Below are positions 36,795-42,523 of a stretch of 42,523 nucleotides of DNA, one piece after another. Source of the DNA: Myxococcota bacterium (GTDB taxonomy: Bacteria; Myxococcota_A; Polyangia; Polyangiales; Houyiibacteriaceae); contig JBCCEA010000032.1 in NCBI GenBank assembly GCA_039030515.1, positions 1-42,523 on the forward strand. Reading direction: 5' to 3'. Position numbers and translations under genes: made by a program. Under the pieces are notes generated by a model. It did not search any database. It worked only from the letters and a program-made list of their open reading frames with translations, and had not been told where the DNA came from. Position 1 is the first letter of the stretch. Each line of letters starts with the position of its first letter.

Positions 36795-37525
36795 CCGCGA
36801 TGACCGAGTGGTCGGCGATCACTCCGGTGCTTGACGAGATCGATGCGCTGTGCCGCGAGGACGGTATGCACGGCACTCAGGCGGAAACGGCGATCGCGCG
36901 CGACCGAATCAAGACCGGGCTTTCGGCCATGCGCAGCCGGTTGTCTCAACTGGTCGGTCCTCCCGATGTGCGGGAGATCGAGTTCGTGGTCATCGTGGTC
37001 AGCGACGAGCGACTGCATCAGGTGCTCGGCAAGCGGGGCGTCGCCTGGTCGCCACTACAGCGCGAGCTGCTCGGCATCGAAGAGGGCGGAGATCTGTTCT
37101 TTGAGCGGGTCCAAATCTACCTGCATGATCCCGCAACCCATCCATTTTTGTACACGCTCTGTGCCTACATGCTCCAAAGCGGTTTTCGTGGCCGCTATCT
37201 GAGTCGCGACGATGTGATCGACGGTCTGCATCGCTCGCTCGCTTCACGTGTGGGTCGGCCAGAGCCCCTCGATTCGCGTTCGAACAAAGGCGCTTTGCCC
37301 CACGCGTTAGACGAAGAGATCCCGCACATCGATAGGAGGGTCTCGGAGCCGAGAGTCATGGGTGCAGAGCCGAGAGGCATAGGTGCACAGCCGAGAGGCA
37401 TGGGTGCGGAGAGTCGCCAACACCGTCACCAAAGCGGTCGCACGAAGCGGCCCATGCGCACCTATCTCGCGGCGACCGTGGTGCTTCTGGTGGCCGCTTT
37501 GCTTTTGTTGAGCCTTTCGCAGTGA
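36791..37525 (+). CDS. tssL: DotU/TssL-family inner-membrane protein
   Basis: 'SDE', 'WSPLQ..L.G...GGDLFF', 'L.SGFRGRY', single C-terminal TM. Confidence 0.9.
   Translation: MTAMTEWSAITPVLDEIDALCREDGMHGTQAETAIARDRIKTGLSAMRSRLSQLVGPPDVREIEFVVIVVSDERLHQVLGKRGVAWSPLQRELLGIEEGGDLFFERVQIYLHDPATHPFLYTLCAYMLQSGFRGRYLSRDDVIDGLHRSLASRVGRPEPLDSRSNKGALPHALDEEIPHIDRRVSEPRVMGAEPRGIGAQPRGMGAESRQHRHQSGRTKRPMRTYLAATVVLLVAALLLLSLSQ
37346..37411. repeat. 21-bp tandem repeat x3 in the tssL linker (EPRVMGA/EPRGIGA/QPRGMGA)
   Basis: gagccgagagtcatgggtgca / gagccgagaggcataggtgca / cagccgagaggcatgggtgcg. Confidence 0.9.
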
Positions 37526-37647
37526 AGGATACCCGTCATGCGGCGCTTCGGACCGATCGCGTTCCAGATCTGCCGCGATTTTCTCGCTGTGAGTTCAGAT
37601 CTTGCGTCACGATCAGATACCCTTTGATGTGGAGTTGAAAGACAGCG

Positions 37648-37962
37648 ATGAGCGATTCCCGCAGCAGTTCCTCTGGTCGGGTCGACGTCAGTCGGCTCTT
37701 GGGCGAGGCGCACGATTCGCAGAACGCGCTGGACACCCTCGGACCCCACAAACCGGAGTGGGCCGTGCGGCTGGACGAGATTCGTCAGCGCGCTGTCGAC
37801 CTGCCCCCAAACGATGCCCCCCGACTGATCGCTTTTCTCGACCAGATTCAGTCTTTGCTCTCGGTGGATTCGGAAGACTCGACAGCCTCTGCGCTCGAAG
37901 CGCTGAGCCATTTCGAAGACATCGTCGTCGGCATTTTGCGCCATCGTGGCCGATTGATTTAG
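37648..37962 (+). CDS. Small helical hypothetical protein within the T6SS operon
   Basis: 104 aa, amphipathic acidic helices, co-oriented between tssL and tssM. Confidence 0.55.
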   Translation: MSDSRSSSSGRVDVSRLLGEAHDSQNALDTLGPHKPEWAVRLDEIRQRAVDLPPNDAPRLIAFLDQIQSLLSVDSEDSTASALEALSHFEDIVVGILRHRGRLI

Positions 37963-38070
37963 GGGTCGTCTGGCCCAAAGGCCGATTGATTTTGCAGCCG
38001 ATGCACCTCACGACCGACGACGTGTCTCACGACCGACCGAGGTATCTAGGATCGGCGACCTAGGAATCCG

Positions 38071-41000
38071 ATGCAGGGAGTACTTAAGTCCGCAGGCGCG
38101 AAGCAGATTCCGGGTGGTGGTCCGGGGGAGACCGCAGCGGAGGGCGATGCCGGGGTCTCGAATGGGGGCGTGGTGCAGTGGCTCCAGGATCACTGGCTCA
38201 CGATCGCCCTCGTTGTACTGGCGATCGTTCTTACCGCCGCATGCGCTTACTTCGCTTGGCGCTGGTGGAAGAGTCGACGCAAGAAAAAACCCAAGCCGAA
38301 AAAGAATCCCTTCGGACGCTTTGTCTTGGTCCAGGCCTACCGGCGCTACCTCAAAGAGCTGCCCGAAGAGGCCGTTCGAGAGCTGCGTCGTGCGCCTCAT
38401 TTTGTGGTCTTCGGAACGGATGAACGATCCAAGATGGCGCTCATCGATGCGTATTCTGGCTGGCGGACCCGGGCCAATCAGCGCTACCCGAGCTCGACGG
38501 CCAATCCCCACGTGCGGTTTTTTCTGGGGGAGTCGGCGGCGATCGTCGACATCTCGACGACACTTGCAGCAGAGACCACCCTGAGGGCCAAGGCGGCGAC
38601 CGTGTGGCTCTGGCGATGGCTTTACCGGCGACGGCCGCCGATCGTCATCATCGCGCTCGACGCGCAGTCCTGGGAGCGAATGCCGGCGCAGGATAAAGAC
38701 CGCTTTGCCGGCAGTATTCGGGCTCACGTGCATGAGATCGCCAAATGCTCGTCGGCGGTTGTTCCGGTGCGGGTGGTGCTCTTTGGGGCCGACTGCTGGA
38801 GTGGCTATCGGGAGCTCGCCTCTTCTTGCGGCCGCAGCGGGAGAGGGGTGGTCCTGCGACTTGCGGGGGGTCGTCTCTCTGAAGAGATCGACCGAGCGCT
38901 TGAGGAGCTGCAGAGCGCGGCGAACTACAGTCTATTGGTTCCTCCCTCGCAGGGGACGCGGGGGTCGATCGAGTTTCGAGGCGCGCTTTCGTTTCTCAAA
39001 GAGGCGCGCGACACTTGGCTTCAGACGACAAGGCAGTTCCTCGAGGCGATGACCCGGCCTGATGCGCTTTTGCGGACGCCCACGATCGCAACTCTGCACT
39101 TGGTACCTTCCGAATATGTTGCGCTCGGCAATCCATTCAGCGCGGTACCCAGTGGATGGCAGCCCACCGGCGACTACGAGTCCTACCTACACAAAGAAGA
39201 GCGGTGGCTGGATCGGTATCCCTGGGTTCCCCGCTATGCTGCGGTCGCGGCCGCGATCCTGGTACTCGCCGCCTTCCCGCTTGCTCGCTATCTCTCGGAC
39301 CTAGACCGACTCGCTCAGGCTGAAGTCCACGTCGAAGCCTATGAGCGCACGTCCGTGGACGAGATGATCGCACTTCGGGCGGCTCAAGCACTACCTCCGT
39401 TCGACTACGGATGGTTGCCTGGTTTCTTCACCTGGATCGCCCCTGACCCGCTTGAAGACGAAAAAGCGGAGCTCCGCAAGCGTTTCGTTGCCCGGTTCCG
39501 CACCGCTCAGCTTCGCGCGCGCCTGCGGGACGCCGACGAACGTACCTACCTGCAGACCCTTGGGCTCATTTACGCGGTCCGAGGCGCGCCGCTCTGGGAT
39601 ATGGCCATGGAGCGCTACGAGGACTGGGCCGGGACGCTCGATGTAGCGTTGGTTCGCGCTTACCTCGACCAGGTTCAGGAGCGCTATGCACGCACCGACA
39701 TGCCGGCGTTTACCGGGCGATGGACCTCGGAAGTGGCGCCCTATTTGGAGCGCATGCAGCGTGTGATGCAGCGGGATTCGATCACCACGCGAGAACTGCG
39801 GGCGCTCACCGGAGTGCGCTGGGACGAGGCCTGGCTGCGGGAATGTGGGCGACTCAGCGCGGAGCTGCGGGCGCTCGAGGTCCCGCTGACGGAGTTGCGC
39901 GTGAAGGGATGCCCCAACGCCTCCGATGAAATGATCGCTGCTTTGGGGGCATTCGATGCGCCCGGGATTCTGGAAAGTCGGAAGGAGCGGTTTCGGGGTC
40001 TACCGTCAATGGTCGAGCATCTCCGAGAAATACGCCGCCGGGTGCCTGAGGAACAAAGGGTACACACGGTCCGCTTTGGCGATCGTCAGGTCGAGCTTTC
40101 GGAACAAAGCTGGTGGCGACTCCTGCTCAAGTCTGAGATCGAGCGGGTACAGGTCGATTGCGGGCTGGGCACCTCGACAGCGCGCTTTTTTGAGTTCGGC
40201 GGTGCGCTACCGGATGTGGAAGTGCGCAATCCACCGCCGGTTCGCACGGACGGCAGCGTGTCCGCACTCTACACCCGTCGCGCGTTTGAATCGGCGATTC
40301 GACCTCAACTTGCGGAACTCGGCGACCTTCTGGCCGAAATCGACCCCCATCGGGACTGGAGCAGTCTCAGGCGCTGCGTCCAGCAACAGGCGGATCGGTA
40401 TGCCGCGGACTACGCTGCGAAGTGGCAATCGTATGTGGGCAGCATGTCCCTCAGTGCCGGCAATAGCGGTGATCTCGTCCGGTTGATTCAGGCGATGCAG
40501 GTGCCCGGCGGGGCTTGGGATCGATTTTGGACGATCCTGGCCGACAATCTTGCGGTCCGCGGTCTCCCACTCCCTGCAGAGTCTGAATCTCCGGAAGACG
40601 GTGCGCGAGCAGGGGGGATCGTCGCTCCCATCGAAGACGAGCTGCGCCGGCTAAGACCCGTGGCTGAAGTGGTAGGCGGGGAATCGGACTCTCGCCCTCT
40701 CGACGACTACGTGGCTCTTTTGTCAGAGCTGCTCGAGCCACTCGAAGAAGAGTTCGAACTCGAAAGTCCCGAGCTCTCTGGCGCAGAGCAGATTCTGCTC
40801 GACGATCTCTCAGGTGAAGAGTCCCCCTTGGCGAGCGCGCGGGCGATGGTTCGCGGCTGGGGCGTACAGGGGTTTGGGCAGGCGATGTTTCTGGTTCCGA
40901 TCGAGACCTTTGAACGGGTGGGTCGGTCGAGAGTCAACCGTCGGGTGTCGACACGCTGGCGACAGGAGTATCTGCCGGAGGTGCGCCGGATGGTTGCTGC

Positions 41001-41760
41001 CTATCCATTCGCTTCAGAGACGGTCAACGAGGTCACGCCCGAGGAACTCTCTGAGCTGCTCGGTCCGGACGGTACCCTCGGGGAGCTCTTTGCAGCGCTT
41101 TTTGATGCGCTTTGCACGCGGAGCCCTTCCGGTGTTGTCGCCTGCACGCGTGGCATTTCGCTGCCCGACGGGATGTCCGAGCTGGAGCAGGCTCTAAGCC
41201 GTCTGCGGGGGGCCCTTTTTGATGACGAGGGGGCGCCGAGGCCAGTTGCCCTGAGGGTTCGTCCGACGATGTTCCGTTTGCGCGGAGCGGATGAATGCCA
41301 GCGCTGGTCACGCAGGGAGTGCGTTCACGAGCGTTCCGCAGGATGTCAGGTGCGTCGGCGTCGCCAGTGCGAAGAGATGCTCCTTGCGAGAACCGGTCTC
41401 GAAGTAGGCGAATCCCGAGTTCAAGGGCTCAATTCGGCTCAGAGGGATCGCGCACTGCTTTGGAACTGGTGGGAACACGGCAACCCAAGGGTGTTTGCGG
41501 AGTTTGAAAGCCGTCTCGGGGACCGGAGAGAGGGGCAATTTGCGCCTCCGGACGACAACTCGTCCTGGCCGTTTCTGCGCTTGCTCGATGCGGCGACCGA
41601 AGCGACTCGGATGAACGATGCCTCGGCCAAGCTTACCTGGCGGATTTCGAATCCTGTCGGTCCTTCGGAGATGGTGACCTTCGTGTTCCGGCGGAATCCT
41701 CGCTGGCCCTTTATCGAGGCGGAGCGCACGATTCGTGGCGTTCGGGGCCGGACGCGTTAG
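38071..41760 (+). CDS. tssM: T6SS membrane complex TssM/IcmF (PdpB-like)
   Basis: 1229 aa; TM, cytoplasmic NTPase-like domain, TM, large periplasmic region with 'VSALYTRRAF', 'YA..W..Y', 'YPF', 'WPFLRLLD'. Confidence 0.88.
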   Translation: MQGVLKSAGAKQIPGGGPGETAAEGDAGVSNGGVVQWLQDHWLTIALVVLAIVLTAACAYFAWRWWKSRRKKKPKPKKNPFGRFVLVQAYRRYLKELPEEAVRELRRAPHFVVFGTDERSKMALIDAYSGWRTRANQRYPSSTANPHVRFFLGESAAIVDISTTLAAETTLRAKAATVWLWRWLYRRRPPIVIIALDAQSWERMPAQDKDRFAGSIRAHVHEIAKCSSAVVPVRVVLFGADCWSGYRELASSCGRSGRGVVLRLAGGRLSEEIDRALEELQSAANYSLLVPPSQGTRGSIEFRGALSFLKEARDTWLQTTRQFLEAMTRPDALLRTPTIATLHLVPSEYVALGNPFSAVPSGWQPTGDYESYLHKEERWLDRYPWVPRYAAVAAAILVLAAFPLARYLSDLDRLAQAEVHVEAYERTSVDEMIALRAAQALPPFDYGWLPGFFTWIAPDPLEDEKAELRKRFVARFRTAQLRARLRDADERTYLQTLGLIYAVRGAPLWDMAMERYEDWAGTLDVALVRAYLDQVQERYARTDMPAFTGRWTSEVAPYLERMQRVMQRDSITTRELRALTGVRWDEAWLRECGRLSAELRALEVPLTELRVKGCPNASDEMIAALGAFDAPGILESRKERFRGLPSMVEHLREIRRRVPEEQRVHTVRFGDRQVELSEQSWWRLLLKSEIERVQVDCGLGTSTARFFEFGGALPDVEVRNPPPVRTDGSVSALYTRRAFESAIRPQLAELGDLLAEIDPHRDWSSLRRCVQQQADRYAADYAAKWQSYVGSMSLSAGNSGDLVRLIQAMQVPGGAWDRFWTILADNLAVRGLPLPAESESPEDGARAGGIVAPIEDELRRLRPVAEVVGGESDSRPLDDYVALLSELLEPLEEEFELESPELSGAEQILLDDLSGEESPLASARAMVRGWGVQGFGQAMFLVPIETFERVGRSRVNRRVSTRWRQEYLPEVRRMVAAYPFASETVNEVTPEELSELLGPDGTLGELFAALFDALCTRSPSGVVACTRGISLPDGMSELEQALSRLRGALFDDEGAPRPVALRVRPTMFRLRGADECQRWSRRECVHERSAGCQVRRRRQCEEMLLARTGLEVGESRVQGLNSAQRDRALLWNWWEHGNPRVFAEFESRLGDRREGQFAPPDDNSSWPFLRLLDAATEATRMNDASAKLTWRISNPVGPSEMVTFVFRRNPRWPFIEAERTIRGVRGRTR

Positions 41761-41771
41761 GATGCGCGGCC

Positions 41772-42206
41772 ATGGGTTTGGTTGTTTTTCGGCGATTGCG
41801 AGGGTTTTCACTCGGTGGGGGGCAGAGGCTCTCGCTCGGATTGCTGCTGGTCTTGCTCGCAGCAGTACTCGGCTGCGATAAGGGACTAAGAGTCTATCTG
41901 CAGGGTCTCGGTATGGCAGACGTCGATCTGCCGGTCACCGTCGTGTTCCGGAAGGTGGACGAGGAACGATGGTCTAGGGATCGCTATGAAGACATCGTTG
42001 AAATGGTCGAGTCCGGCGATGAGTCGATTCTCGCGATCCGGACGGTGTACCCCGGTAAGCGTTTGCTGGTGGAGCTCCCGGAAGGTGAAGGCCCGGTTGG
42101 CGCCTACATCCTGTACTCGACACCCGGACCGCGCTGGAAGCATCTGCTGCGCGGCAGTAGCGGCGTTCGGCGGATTGTGATTCAGCCCAATGAGGCTCCA
42201 CGCTAA
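41772..42206 (+). CDS. Putative T6SS outer-membrane lipoprotein (TssJ/IglE-like)
   Basis: Lipobox-like 'AVLG-C', small beta-sandwich, 'VYPG', 'GAYILYSTPG..WK'; immediately after tssM. Confidence 0.7.
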   Translation: MGLVVFRRLRGFSLGGGQRLSLGLLLVLLAAVLGCDKGLRVYLQGLGMADVDLPVTVVFRKVDEERWSRDRYEDIVEMVESGDESILAIRTVYPGKRLLVELPEGEGPVGAYILYSTPGPRWKHLLRGSSGVRRIVIQPNEAPR

Positions 42207-42207
42207 A

Positions 42208-42420
42208 CCCCAGCGGGCCTATGTCGGCCCAAACAGCTGCTTTCCTCCGATGCTCGTCGCTCAACGTACCCGAAGTACGCCTTCACTCCTGCGCTTCGGG
42301 GGCGCTGGCTGTTTCGACCAACCTAGACCCGCTGGGGGGGGTGGTTGCTGAGTCGGCCCAAACAGCTGCTGACCGAAGATGCTCGTCGCTCAACGTACCT
42401 TAAGTACCCTCCTCCTCCTC
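42208..42420. repeat. REP/MITE-like palindromic element plus a partial second copy
   Basis: 30-bp imperfect inverted repeat 42208-42237 / 42308-42337 (25/30 match); internal segment gtcggcccaaacagctgct...gatgctcgtcgctcaacgtacc repeated at ~42352-42399. Confidence 0.8.
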
Positions 42421-42523
42421 GGCCCCGCGCGTCTCGATGGGTCTTAACGGCCAGCGCCCCGGAAGCACAGGAACGAAGGAGTAGTTCTGCTACTTCGAGT
42501 TCCGAGCATGGGAGGAAAGCGGG

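Noticed and set aside
23580..42206. Prophage tail or extracellular contractile injection system
   Set aside because: TssL, TssM, a lipoprotein, TssK and a split two-gene sheath indicate a membrane-anchored T6SS; no capsid, terminase, tape-measure or lysis genes are present.

Overview
GC-rich bacterial DNA, probably from Myxococcota (inferred from the HRDISPQN-type Ser/Thr kinases, the FHA protein and the Gld-like ABC genes). The left half (0.3-23.3 kb) is ordinary accessory content. It holds a GldA/GldF/GldG/DUF4340 ABC operon, an ABC ATPase-permease fusion plus a permease, a DUF58/transglutaminase/MoxR/TPR operon, a FadL-family outer-membrane channel behind two KstR-like operator boxes, a soluble lytic transglycosylase, two Ser/Thr kinases and an FHA-winged-helix protein. 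The right half (23.6-42.2 kb) is an ~18.6 kb type VI secretion locus in two divergent operons. Its sheath, tube and spike look like the Francisella pathogenicity island (T6SS-ii) type rather than canonical T6SS-i, with iglA-iglB-iglC-iglD-like genes in FPI order, a PdpB-like TssM lacking Walker A, and no ClpV or canonical Hcp. It also has features not expected of the FPI: a single 846-aa hub+spike protein, a clear gp25/TssE, and a catalytically degenerate acetyl-CoA-synthetase-like protein translationally coupled to the TssA/IglI-like gene. Homology calls come from motif reading and recalled family sequences, not database searches.
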